A stretch of DNA of 64,000 nt from an uncultured Clostridia bacterium (GCA_944383015.1 CALWOC010000001.1:148997-212996), one strand, 5' to 3'; counted from the stretch's first letter, positions 9,056 through 18,307 are shown. A program made the numbers and translations. Notes: generated by a model not told the origin, from the sequence alone.

Positions 9056-10279
9056 TTAATTATTATTTTCATTTTCTTCTGCCCTAAATCCAGTACGTGT
9101 TATATCTATATCATCATATAGTATACTATTTTCTTCCTCTTTGTTTTCTTTATCTCTGCCAAACCAATTTTTTCTTGTCTTTTTTCTATATTCAATTTCT
9201 GCTTGTTCACTCTGAATCTCTAAGTTTTCAATTTCTTTTCTATTTTTTAGAAAACTATCTATTCTTGAACGCATTGCATTAAATATAAATTCATTTTCTA
9301 TTATATCTATATAGCTTTTATCTTGATTAATTAAATACTCAATTATTCCCATTGCTTTGTCAAATTCATTTTTAGTAACATAAATTATTGCAATCTTATA
9401 ATATGCTTTTAATCCGTAGCTTTCAGATTTAGTAATTTCATTATATAGTTTTAAAGCCTCTTTATAATCTCCTTTTAAAAGCTTAATATTTCCCAAACTA
9501 TATATAGCTTCATTTATATTAGGATTAATTACTAAAGCTAGTTCAAGATTTTTTTCTGCTTCATCTGTTTTTCCAAGTTCTAGTTGAATCATTGCTAGAT
9601 TATATAACAATTCGTATGACTCTGCATGATAATCCATTGCCTTTTTATATAACTCTTCAGCACTTTCATAATCACCCTGACCAGCTATTAATATACCAAG
9701 TACTTCATATGCATCATAAAAAAGTGGATCTAACTCAATGCATTTTCTATACATATCAATAGCAGACTCTATATCATCTTCTTTTTCTAAAATACTACCT
9801 AAAGTAAAATATGCGTCAGCATTATTTTCATCTTTTTGAATTACTTCATATAGCATTTCTTTTGCTTGTGTATATTCTTTAATTTCATAAAAGCACTTTG
9901 AAAGCAAATAAAGATTTTCACTTTTTCTTCCATCTTTGTTGATTAATTTTTGCAATGTGCTAATACATTTTGTGAATTTTTTGTTATTATAATACTTTTC
10001 TGCTCTTTTGTATAATAAATTTTTACCAAAACTAATATTATTATATTGTAAAATAGCAACAATACATGGTAATACAAAGATTCCTATTCCAAGTGGAATT
10101 TGAAATCTAAGTCTTAACTGAACACTATAAAAAACTACAGGCAAATATACCCCTAATGAGAATGAGCAAATTGCTATTAGAAGTAAATTTACTGGTGCAT
10201 TTTTTTTAACATAATTGATTGATAAATATGTTATTAAGATTATTGCTACAATTATTACTATTATATTATCAATTATCAT
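9056..10279 (-). CDS. tetratricopeptide-repeat membrane protein
   Basis: Three N-terminal TM helices are followed by about eight TPR-like repeats (AxxYxxLGxxxxxxGxYxxAxxxY pattern). Confidence 0.65.
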   Translation of the reverse strand: MIIDNIIVIIVAIILITYLSINYVKKNAPVNLLLIAICSFSLGVYLPVVFYSVQLRLRFQIPLGIGIFVLPCIVAILQYNNISFGKNLLYKRAEKYYNNKKFTKCISTLQKLINKDGRKSENLYLLSKCFYEIKEYTQAKEMLYEVIQKDENNADAYFTLGSILEKEDDIESAIDMYRKCIELDPLFYDAYEVLGILIAGQGDYESAEELYKKAMDYHAESYELLYNLAMIQLELGKTDEAEKNLELALVINPNINEAIYSLGNIKLLKGDYKEALKLYNEITKSESYGLKAYYKIAIIYVTKNEFDKAMGIIEYLINQDKSYIDIIENEFIFNAMRSRIDSFLKNRKEIENLEIQSEQAEIEYRKKTRKNWFGRDKENKEEENSILYDDIDITRTGFRAEENENNN

Positions 10280-10369
10280 CTTATCTGCCCCTCCGCAAAC
10301 GTATTATATAACATTTTTTGTCAACTTTCAAGCTTATAATACATATTATATCTAATTTTTTCATTCTCA

Positions 10370-10398
10370 TTGACTAATTTAACCTAGTAATGTATAAT
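10370..10398 (+). promoter_or_regulatory. promoter of murC
   Basis: The sequence reads TTGACT, a 17-nt spacer, then TGtTATAAT (extended -10). Confidence 0.55.
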
Positions 10399-10426
10399 AT
10401 AGGTTGTAAAAAAGGATGTGACTATC

Positions 10427-11857
10427 ATGACTAAAGACTTTTATGCTTTAAAAAATATACATAAAATACATATGATTGGTATCGGCGGAGTTAGTATGAG
10501 CGGTATTGCTTTAATCTTAAAAAAAGATGGATTTGAGGTTACTGGATCAGATAAGAACTACGGTGATATGATAGATATATTAGAAAATAATGGAATACCA
10601 GTATTTATTGGTTCTAATGCAGATCTTGTAAAAGATGCAGATGTTGTTGTATACACTTCTGCTATTAATCAACATGATCCTGAATTTGTAAGAGCCAAAA
10701 GCTTAGGTATTCCAACTTATGAAAGAGCAAAATTTTTAGGTCTACTTTTAACTAGTTATAAGATGCCTATATGTATATGTGGAACACACGGAAAAACAAC
10801 CACTACTTCAATGGTATCTTCTATATTTATTGATGCAGGTATGGATCCAAATGTTCAAGTTGGATCAAAGTATGAAAAATTAAATAACTCAAATTATAGA
10901 CTTGGTAATTCAGATTACTTTATACTTGAAGCTTGTGAATATGTAGATAGCTTCTTAAATTTTCCTCATCACTGTGCAACAGTACTAAATATTGAAGCTG
11001 AACACTTAGACTACTTCTCAGATATAGAAGATATAAAAAAATCTTTTAAAAAATTTATACTTATGCTACCACAAGATGGTATTTTAATAATAAATCAAGA
11101 TGATACAAATTGTATGGATGTACTAAATGATATAAAAGATGATTTACAAAAAAAGAGTATAAGAATATTTAAATTTTCATTAAGTGATCCTGATGCATAC
11201 ATTTATGCAGAAAATTTCAAATGTAATATGAAAGGATTTTATTCTTTTGATGTTACAGATCCAAGAAATGGAAAAAGTTATCATTTCTATTTAACTGTAC
11301 CTGGAATACACAATGTATATGATGCTTTAGCTGCAATTACTACATGTCAAGCATATGGAATTGACTTTAAAGATATGCAAGAAAGTCTAAGTAAATTTTG
11401 TGGTGCTAAAAGAAGATTTGAATACAAAAAGACTATTGCACCAGATGTTGAATTGTATGATGACTATGCTCATCATCCAACAGAAATTAAAGCAACACTT
11501 TCTGCAGCAAAACAAAAAGAGCACAATAGAATTATTGCTGTATTCCAACCTCATACTTATTCAAGAACAAAAGAACTTTTAGCAGATTTTGCTAACGCTT
11601 TTGTAGATGCAGATATTGTATACTTAATGGATATTTATGCAGCAAGAGAAATTGATGATGGAACTATATCTTCTAGAGATGTTGCAGATCTTGTAAGTAA
11701 AAATGGAACTGAAGCATACTATATTCCTTCTCTTGAAGAAATTGCAAATGAAATAAAAAATATAGTAAAACCGGGTGATATTGTTCTTTCAATTGGAGCT
11801 GGAAATGTTACACATTTAGCAGATTATTTTGAGGATATAAAACCAAAAGAAAAATAA
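10427..11857 (+). CDS. murC: UDP-N-acetylmuramate--L-alanine ligase
   Basis: An N-terminal dinucleotide-binding motif IHMIGIGGVSMSGIA, the Mur ligase P-loop GTHGKTTT and the overall Mur ligase layout are present. The start was chosen at the ATG 10 nt after AAGGA, although the ORF could begin at the GTG at 10418. Confidence 0.9.
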   Translation: MTKDFYALKNIHKIHMIGIGGVSMSGIALILKKDGFEVTGSDKNYGDMIDILENNGIPVFIGSNADLVKDADVVVYTSAINQHDPEFVRAKSLGIPTYERAKFLGLLLTSYKMPICICGTHGKTTTTSMVSSIFIDAGMDPNVQVGSKYEKLNNSNYRLGNSDYFILEACEYVDSFLNFPHHCATVLNIEAEHLDYFSDIEDIKKSFKKFILMLPQDGILIINQDDTNCMDVLNDIKDDLQKKSIRIFKFSLSDPDAYIYAENFKCNMKGFYSFDVTDPRNGKSYHFYLTVPGIHNVYDALAAITTCQAYGIDFKDMQESLSKFCGAKRRFEYKKTIAPDVELYDDYAHHPTEIKATLSAAKQKEHNRIIAVFQPHTYSRTKELLADFANAFVDADIVYLMDIYAAREIDDGTISSRDVADLVSKNGTEAYYIPSLEEIANEIKNIVKPGDIVLSIGAGNVTHLADYFEDIKPKEK

Positions 11858-11886
11858 CCAGATAGTTTTAACTTCTGGTTATTTTC
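11856..11886. terminator. bidirectional terminator
   Basis: The arms AACCAGA and TCTGGTT form a stem with T-rich flanks. Confidence 0.5.
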
Positions 11887-12356
11887 TATTCTAAAATTTC
11901 TTCTAAAAAAATTGGTTCATCTACAAAAATAAGTGGTCTTCTTGCACTGTTTATATCATATTCTGTAAAAACACTTTCCTTCTTTATATTATATTTTTCT
12001 CTTAATCTTTTAATTATTCCTTTGAGTGATATTAATTCTTTTTTAGTAAACTTTCCGTCTTTATCTAAGCATAGCATTATTCCTATACTATCACTATCTA
12101 TATCAACATTTTGTGAACAAATTGCTTTTTCATTTTCTGGAATTATATTAATTATTTCACCATTAGTTCCAATTATGTAATGACATGAAAATTCTCTATC
12201 ATCTCTATACTTACTCATTTCAATTATATTTCTATTTTTAAGACAACTAAAGCCATTATATCTAGAAGATGTTATTATTATTTTTTGAGGAGTATCTATC
12301 TTCTCCATTCTTCTTGTATTATCACTCTTTGTTAAATAATATTTTTTTACTTTCAT
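11886..12356 (-). CDS. putative N-acetylmuramoyl-L-alanine amidase (amidase_2/PGRP-like)
   Basis: The segment CHYIIGTNGEIINIIPENEKA resembles the amidase_2 HYVIxxDGxIxQ block. The match is weak. Confidence 0.4.
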   Translation of the reverse strand: MKVKKYYLTKSDNTRRMEKIDTPQKIIITSSRYNGFSCLKNRNIIEMSKYRDDREFSCHYIIGTNGEIINIIPENEKAICSQNVDIDSDSIGIMLCLDKDGKFTKKELISLKGIIKRLREKYNIKKESVFTEYDINSARRPLIFVDEPIFLEEILE

Positions 12357-12464
12357 ATTATATCACCATTATATTTTATGTAAATTTTTAGTTTTTGTTA
12401 ATCTTCTTGACAACTTATTTATCTTTGATATAATATTAGAGATATATAAAGGAGTGTATTATAA

Positions 12465-13559
12465 ATGAAAATAGGAATAGTTGGTTTACCAAATGTTGGA
12501 AAATCTACACTTTTTAATGCTATTACAAAAGCAGGAGCAGAAAGTGCAAATTATCCATTCTGTACAATTGAGCCAAATATAGGTATGGTATGTGTACCAG
12601 ATAAAAGAATAGATGTTTTATCTAAAATGTACGATACAGATAAGACAACTTATGCAACTATTGAGTTTGTAGATATTGCTGGACTAGTAAAAGGTGCTTC
12701 AAAAGGAGAAGGACTTGGAAATAAATTTTTATCTCACATTCGTGAAACTGATGCCATTGCACATGTTGTAAGATGTTTTGAGGATGAGCAAATTGTTCAT
12801 GTAGATGGAAAAATAGATCCAATAAGTGATATTGAAACAATATCTTTAGAACTTGTTTTTGCAGACATAGAAACTATATCTAAAAGAATGGATAGAGTTG
12901 GAAAAATGACAAAATCAGGAGATAAAAAGGCAATTGCAGAAATGGAATTACTAAGAAGAATTAAAGAACATTTAGATAATGGTAATCCTGTAAGAACAAT
13001 GGAACTTACAGATGATGAAAAAGAAATGATAAAAGATGCCTTCTTTTTAACTGACAAAAAAGTAATTTACGTTGCAAATGTATCTGAAGAACAAATCTCT
13101 TCAATAGATACAGATCCATATGTTCAAAAAGTTAAAGAGTATGCAAAAGCAGAAGGTGCTGAAGTTATTGCTCTTTGTGCTAAACTCGAAGAAGAACTAT
13201 CAGAACTTGATGATGAAGATAAAGAAATGCTTATGCAAGACTATGGTATTGATGAATCTGGTCTAGATAAATTAATAAAAGCTAGTTACTCTTTACTTGG
13301 TCTTATCTCTTTTCTTACCGCTGGAAAACAAGAATGTAGAGCTTGGACTATAAAAAAAGGAACAAAAGCTCCACAAGCTGCTGGTAAAATTCATTCTGAT
13401 TTTGAAAGAGGATTTATAAAAGCAGAAGTTGTATCTTATGACGATTTAATAAAATATGGTAGTATGAATGCAACTAAAGAAAAAGGATTAGTTAGACTAG
13501 AAGGAAAAGAATATGTTGTAAAAGATGGAGATATAATATTATTTAGATTTAACGTATAA
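12465..13559 (+). CDS. ychF: ribosome-binding ATPase YchF (Obg-family GTPase-like)
   Basis: The N-terminal MKIGIVGLPNVGKSTLFNA G1 motif, a TGS-like C-terminal domain and a length of 364 aa all fit YchF. A TTGACA-16-TATAAT promoter lies at 12407-12434. Confidence 0.9.
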   Translation: MKIGIVGLPNVGKSTLFNAITKAGAESANYPFCTIEPNIGMVCVPDKRIDVLSKMYDTDKTTYATIEFVDIAGLVKGASKGEGLGNKFLSHIRETDAIAHVVRCFEDEQIVHVDGKIDPISDIETISLELVFADIETISKRMDRVGKMTKSGDKKAIAEMELLRRIKEHLDNGNPVRTMELTDDEKEMIKDAFFLTDKKVIYVANVSEEQISSIDTDPYVQKVKEYAKAEGAEVIALCAKLEEELSELDDEDKEMLMQDYGIDESGLDKLIKASYSLLGLISFLTAGKQECRAWTIKKGTKAPQAAGKIHSDFERGFIKAEVVSYDDLIKYGSMNATKEKGLVRLEGKEYVVKDGDIILFRFNV

Positions 13560-13582
13560 AGCATGAGAAATCATGCTTTTTC
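13560..13582 (+). terminator. terminator
   Basis: The arms AGCATGA and TCATGCT surround a GAAA loop and are followed by TTTTT. Confidence 0.65.
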
Positions 13583-13675
13583 TTATTATAAAAAATAATG
13601 CTTTACATAAGGAATTTACTTAATTTTCCAGTATTCTTTTTTTTAGATTTTTGTGTAATTTTTTATTAAAAAAGC

Positions 13676-13704
13676 TTGACTTTTAGTATCAAGTAGATTA
13701 TAAT
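13676..13704 (+). promoter_or_regulatory. promoter of the tRNA-Ile2/Met - tRNA-Tyr pair
   Basis: The sequence reads TTGACT, a 17-nt spacer, then TATAAT. The first tRNA starts 21 nt downstream. Confidence 0.6.
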
Positions 13705-13725
13705 AATAACTGTCCACAGTGATGT

Positions 13726-13802
13726 GGGCCTTTAGCTCAGTTGGTCAGAGCACTCGGCTCATAACCGAATGGTCCGGGGTTCGAATCCCTGAAGGCCCAC
13801 CA
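13726..13802 (+). tRNA. tRNA with anticodon CAU, most likely tRNA-Ile2 (lysidine) rather than elongator Met
   Basis: The 77-nt cloverleaf has anticodon loop CTCATAA and an encoded CCA. The body (GGGCCTTTAGCTCAGTTGGTCAGAGC...) resembles Bacillus tRNA-Ile(CAU) as I remember it. Assigning Ile versus Met needs a tRNA classifier. Confidence 0.8.
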
Positions 13803-13817
13803 TTTATATTATTCTTT

Positions 13818-13903
13818 GGGTAGGTGCCCGAGTGGCTAAAGGGGGCAGACTGTAAATCTGTTGGCTTACGCCTACGATGGTTCGAATCCATCCCTGCCCA
13901 CCA
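13818..13903 (+). tRNA. tRNA-Tyr (anticodon GUA)
   Basis: This 86-nt class II tRNA has anticodon loop CTGTAAA, a long variable arm and an encoded CCA. Confidence 0.9.
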
Positions 13904-13918
13904 TAAATAAATGGTTTT

Positions 13919-13948
13919 ATATCAATACATCGGTATTGATATTTTTTA
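13919..13948 (+). terminator. terminator after the tRNA pair
   Basis: A 10-bp perfect stem (ATATCAATAC / GTATTGATAT) is followed by TTTTT. Confidence 0.7.
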
Positions 13949-14094
13949 TGTCATTAATTATTTACAAATTTCTACATAATTTTTATTATATTCAAAATTT
14001 TTAATTCAAATTTATTTAATTTCAAAAAAAATAACAAATCCTTTATATATATATTACTACAGTTAAAAGCTATTGCTTTTGAAAGGAGAACAAC

Positions 14095-15059
14095 ATGGGA
14101 CAAGATTTAACTGAACGATTAATACAAAAATCTCAAGAAGCATTTATTTTATCTATTGAGACATATAATAAACCAACTATAAAATATAGAGTTGAAAGCT
14201 TTTCTTTTTTTATATGTAATGCTTGGGAACTAATGCTAAAAGCACACTTAATTAAACAAAATAAAAGTATATATTATAAAGATAAGCCAGATAGAACTAT
14301 AAGTTTAAGTGAATGTATAAAACGTATATTTACAAATGATAAAGATCCACTTAGATTAAACTTAGAAAAAATAATTGAACTTAGAGATACTAGTACACAT
14401 TTTATTACAGAAGAATATGAAATGTTATATATTCCTCTATTTCAGGCATGTGTATTTAACTTTGCTGAAAAAATACAGCAGTTTCATAATGTTGATATAA
14501 GCAAACTTGTACCTCAAAATTTTTTAACTATAACTACAAATATGAAATCTTTTAATGAGACAGAAATTAGAGCTAAATATCCAGAAGAATTGTCTAAAAA
14601 ATACTTAACACTTATGCTACTCTTACTCCATTAATTCAAAACAATAATAACAATTTTGCCATAAAAATAGAACATTATCACTATATTACAAAGAATAAAA
14701 ATGAAGCAACTGAACTGTTGTTTATTGATAACAATGCTTCAGAAAATGTAAAAGTAATAAAAGAATTAAAAGATCCAAATGTAACACATAAATACAATAT
14801 GAAAAAATTAAATCAAGAAGTATCACAAAGATTACAAAAAATAGGTATAGACTTAAAATTTAATCAATATCATTTTAAACTTTTTTGTAACTATTTTAAT
14901 ATAAAAAGCAATCCAAAATTTTGTTTTATAAATAAGATTGGAGCATATCCTACATATAGTTATTCCTTAGGCGCAATAGATTTTATTGTAAATGAAATAA
15001 AAAAATATTCAAATAATATTATTTCAAATCTTAAAGAAAAGTTAAAAAAAGAGAGTTAA
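14095..15059 (+). pseudogene. disrupted gene for a DUF3644-like protein with an HEPN-type Rx4H motif
   Basis: Two ORFs (179 and 113 aa) are joined by a 1-nt frameshift in an A6 run at about 14590-14600. After the frameshift the second frame reads ...KILNTYATLTPLIQNNNNN.... The N-terminus (ETYNKPTIKYRVESFSFFICNAWELMLKAHL) matches a conserved family that I remember as DUF3644. An ELRDTSTHF (Rx4H) motif is present. The annotated TAA stop is followed by 33 further in-frame sense codons in a GC-richer tract (see findings). Confidence 0.5.
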
Positions 15060-15217
15060 CCCCAGGAGCAAAGGATTTCTAAATATAACCTAAGTTATAT
15101 CTACTCCCATTCAGGAACCCAGCCTTATCCTTCACAAGTTAACTCCATTAATTAATTATATCATATATATTAAAATATTCAAGTTTTGAAAATTTTATCT
15201 ACAAGAACAAACAAAAA

Positions 15218-15252
15218 TAGGCAGTGAATAAAATCACTGTCTATTTTTAGAT
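15218..15252. terminator. bidirectional terminator
   Basis: The arms AGGCAGTGA and TCACTGTCT form a stem with one G-U pair. T runs are present on both strands. Confidence 0.55.
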
Positions 15253-15422
15253 TTTTTTTTAATTTTTGTAATATTAGTTATCTCTTCTACTTTTATTTTT
15301 TGCTCATCTATGGATGTTAAATTGCTTAATGGAAATATGAAATCATATTTCTCTCTATTTGGATTCTGAGCGTCTTTTCTTTCTATGTCTAATTGATACT
15401 CGATATTTTTCTTTTCTTTCAT
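15234..15422 (-). CDS. small hypothetical protein (62 aa), last gene of the metzincin operon
   Basis: The ORF is lysine-rich and hydrophilic. There is no convincing RBS and no recognisable family. Confidence 0.25.
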   Translation of the reverse strand: MKEKKNIEYQLDIERKDAQNPNREKYDFIFPLSNLTSIDEQKIKVEEITNITKIKKKSKNRQ

Positions 15423-15473
15423 TTTTGATACGTTTTCACCTCATATATAGTATGAGCATTTATTAACTTAATA

Positions 15474-16247
15474 TTACTTTCCTTTTAAATAGTTTTCCAT
15501 GTCTACATCAACAGAATTTCCATCTGCATCTTTTATCGTATTAGTTTTTTCATCATATTCTTTAAATCCATATTTTAGTCCACTACATATGTATAAAACT
15601 CCATCCTTTTCATATGTTGTAGTTAAATATTGTTTGTCTGGTTCTACTTCTGCAATGTATACGTCGTTTTCACAAGTTACATTAACATATTGGTTATCTT
15701 TATATTTACTAATCACATCATCTTCTATTCCTAATAGACTTTTAATTTCTTTTACGATAAATTTCCCACCAGGTATAATCATTTCTTTTTCTCCTTCTAA
15801 ATCATTTAAATAGTTTCTTTCTACATTTACTTTAACCCTAGTTGATGGAACTCCATCTATTATTTCATATCCTAAAATTTCTTTAACCTCTATGACACTA
15901 ATGTAATTTATTGGCGCATTATCATAAATATTACTGCTGTTATCAAAAATTACTTCTCCAGAAATCACCTTTTCTTCTTCTTCAATAGGTTTTTCTTCTT
16001 TTCCTGTAATTTTAATTTCCTCATTAACTTCACTCTGATTATCAGTTAACAACTTAATAGCTAAAATGCTTACTCCTGTAATAAGTATAATAATAAAAAT
16101 ACTAGCAATTCTTAATCTTCTAGTTCTACGCCTTTTTTCTTCTGCTATTCTTTTAAATAGCTTCTTAGTATCAAACATACTATCAGGAACCTTAATTTCC
16201 TTATACTTTTTTTCAAGTATTTTATCGATTTCATTCATATCTTTCAT
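15474..16247 (-). CDS. single-pass membrane protein with a cytoplasmic N-terminus and an extracytoplasmic beta-rich domain (anti-sigma-factor-like topology)
   Basis: A basic stretch RRRTRRLR precedes one TM helix (IASIFIIILITGVSILAI), followed by about 190 aa of extracellular sequence. The start was set at the ATG 9 nt after GAGAGG. Confidence 0.45.
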   Translation of the reverse strand: MKDMNEIDKILEKKYKEIKVPDSMFDTKKLFKRIAEEKRRRTRRLRIASIFIIILITGVSILAIKLLTDNQSEVNEEIKITGKEEKPIEEEEKVISGEVIFDNSSNIYDNAPINYISVIEVKEILGYEIIDGVPSTRVKVNVERNYLNDLEGEKEMIIPGGKFIVKEIKSLLGIEDDVISKYKDNQYVNVTCENDVYIAEVEPDKQYLTTTYEKDGVLYICSGLKYGFKEYDEKTNTIKDADGNSVDVDMENYLKGK

Positions 16248-16284
16248 TTCAATCAACCTCTCATTTTAAAATTTACATATGAAT

Positions 16285-16860
16285 TTAATTATATAAATAA
16301 TTTATTGTATCATGATCACATTGCTGAACAGTAGTTACATAAGTATCTGATATATCTGGACACATTATACTATAGCTATTTTCATAGTGATTTAGTCCAA
16401 ATGCATGTCCCATCTCATGTTTTGCTGTTCTTATATCATATGAGTTTCCATTTGAAGTATTAAATACTATCTCAGTATAAAAATAATTATAAGTTGGCTT
16501 TGCTGTTCTTCTAGCAACCAATGTACCATCTGTATTCCAATATGTTGTATAACCTAATACATTACTTGTTAGATGAACATCTTGACTAGAACCTCTAGAA
16601 TAAAAATCCATATGAGTTGCATAGTTACTAGATACTGCTGTCATATATATTGGGTTCCACCCGTATCCTGTGTCTTCCCAATTGTTTGCAGCTGAAACAA
16701 TATTTGAGTAATATCCAGAAGCTGTACCATCTATATAATAGCAACAGTTTCCTACCCCTCTTGTAAATTTTGCATCATTTTCATATGTAGGAGTCATCGC
16801 AAAAACAGAACATCCTAACGCACAAAAAAATACCAAATAACAAAATAAAAACTTCCTCAT
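16285..16860 (-). CDS. secreted zinc metalloprotease, metzincin, snapalysin (M7)-like
   Basis: A signal peptide (MRKFLFCYLVFFCALGCSVFA) is present. The motif HEMGHAFGLNH matches HExxHxxGxxH and is followed by a Met-turn SIMCP. An AGGAGGG RBS is present. The mature size of about 160 aa and the HExGHxxGLxxHY pattern resemble Streptomyces snapalysin. Confidence 0.6.
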   Translation of the reverse strand: MRKFLFCYLVFFCALGCSVFAMTPTYENDAKFTRGVGNCCYYIDGTASGYYSNIVSAANNWEDTGYGWNPIYMTAVSSNYATHMDFYSRGSSQDVHLTSNVLGYTTYWNTDGTLVARRTAKPTYNYFYTEIVFNTSNGNSYDIRTAKHEMGHAFGLNHYENSYSIMCPDISDTYVTTVQQCDHDTINYLYN

Positions 16861-16941
16861 AAAATCCCTCCTACATATATAGACGGAATTCATAACGATT
16901 TTGTCACATTTTTTTTGATTTTTTTCAAAAAAATGGCATTT

Positions 16942-17823
16942 TTATGTATTTTTTAGCTCTTCTTCCTTTATTCCAGTAATATTTTCTATATCTTTTATAC
17001 TAATTCCCTTTTCTAGCATTGCTTTTGCAATTTCTAATTGAGCAGTATATCGACCTTGTCTAATCCCTTCTTCCTTTCCTTTTTTAAGTCCTTCTTTTAT
17101 ACCCTTTTGTTCCCTATTATATAGTGCAGATGCCAAATCTCTTTCATATTTTTCTCTTAACTCTACTTTTCTTTTAAAAGCTTCGTCTCCTTCTAAATAT
17201 TCTAGTTCTTCTTTCGCTTTTTTTATAGTGTTATTCTTTTTCATTATTTCATCTAACTCCTTTGAATTTTCACTATCTATAAAAGTTAACCATTGATTTG
17301 TTACATCTTCCTTATTATAATTACTTTTTCTAAACTTTGGTAGCTCTATATAATAATACTTCATATTTGTATTTATTTCATGTTTTCTATGCTTGTTTAA
17401 CACCATTACTGTATCATTTATATATTCCTCAAATGGAAAATAATTATAATTTAATACACATATTACTATTACTGGTTTTATTTCATTATACAAATCATTT
17501 TTCTTTAGTTACTCTGATATTAACTTTGAACCATAAAATGTTGACCTTTTTATTATATTAAATTCATTTTTTAACTGAATTTCTATATTTATTATACTGT
17601 CATCATTTATTATTGCTCTAACATCTATTATTCCTAGCTTATCTTCTTCTATATCTTTTTCTAAATGTATATCATGCATTATCTCTATTTTCTTTATGTT
17701 TATATTTAGTAAAGAAGATAAAAACTCTGTTAAAAAAGCCTCATTTCCTTTATGAGCAAATATTCTTTTAAATACTATATCTCTTTTTACAGATAGTCTT
17801 TTTTCTTGTAACTTTTCAGTCAT
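16942..17823 (-). pseudogene. Rpn-family recombination-promoting nuclease / PD-(D/E)XK putative transposase (YhgA-like), disrupted by an in-frame TAA
   Basis: The N-terminal DIVFKRIF...IDVRAIINDDSIINIEIQ nuclease core and the C-terminal ...RQGRYTAQLEIAKAMLEKGISIKDIENITGI... repeats are characteristic of the family. The two ORFs are in the same frame and separated only by a TAA at 17509-17511 (...KLISE*LKKNDLYNEIKPV...). Confidence 0.65.
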
Positions 17824-18027
17824 TTCCTACCTCCTATACTATCATAAAAATTGTTACTTTTCAATATTGATATTATTTTTAGATTAAAATGCGCATTTTT
17901 TTATCCTATTTAAAGCTAAATTATTTATGATAAAGGTATTATATATATATTGAATTATATTGTAAATACTATCTTATACATGTTACATAACTAGAACTTT
18001 TTAAAAATATTTAATTGTAGAAAAAAA

Positions 18028-18062
18028 AAGTACTATACTCTATTTAAGTATAGCACTTCTCA
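18028..18062 (-). terminator. terminator of the nusB-xseA-xseB operon
   Basis: The arms AGTGCTATACT and AGTATAGTACT form a stem followed by a T9 run on the minus strand. Confidence 0.6.
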
Positions 18063-18293
18063 TTATTCTTCTGAAACAAAATTTTCTTCTTTTATATTTC
18101 CATCTTCTCCTTGAACTAATATATTTATTTTCTTTTCAGCCTCATCTAATTTATTGCTGCATTCTTTTGAAAGTTTTATTCCTTTTTCAAATTCTTTTAT
18201 TGCTTCATCAAGTCCAAGATCTCCACTTTCAAGATTTGTAGCAATATCTTCTAATTCTTTTAAATTTTCTTCAAAAGTCTTTTCTTCTTTCAT
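18063..18293 (-). CDS. xseB: exodeoxyribonuclease VII small subunit
   Basis: The 76-aa helical protein has FEENLKELEDIATNLESGDLGLDEAIKEFEKGIKL, typical of XseB. It is immediately downstream of xseA. Confidence 0.85.
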   Translation of the reverse strand: MKEEKTFEENLKELEDIATNLESGDLGLDEAIKEFEKGIKLSKECSNKLDEAEKKINILVQGEDGNIKEENFVSEE

Positions 18294-18307
18294 TATTTTT
18301 TCACTCC

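Noticed and set aside
15060-15150. GC-rich 90-nt tract considered as a free-standing small RNA or riboswitch
   Set aside because: It is in frame with the upstream CDS and has no promoter-like element of its own. It reads as coding sequence (an ancestral C-terminal extension), so this is the preferred explanation. An sRNA cannot be excluded without expression data.
14617-15155. 13/14-bp direct repeat T(T/A)ACTCCATTAATT at about 14620 and about 15140, considered as att-like island boundaries
   Set aside because: It is short and AT-rich, and it encloses only the 3' half of one gene. A chance match is plausible, and nothing resembling an integrase or a tRNA 3'-end duplication accompanies it.
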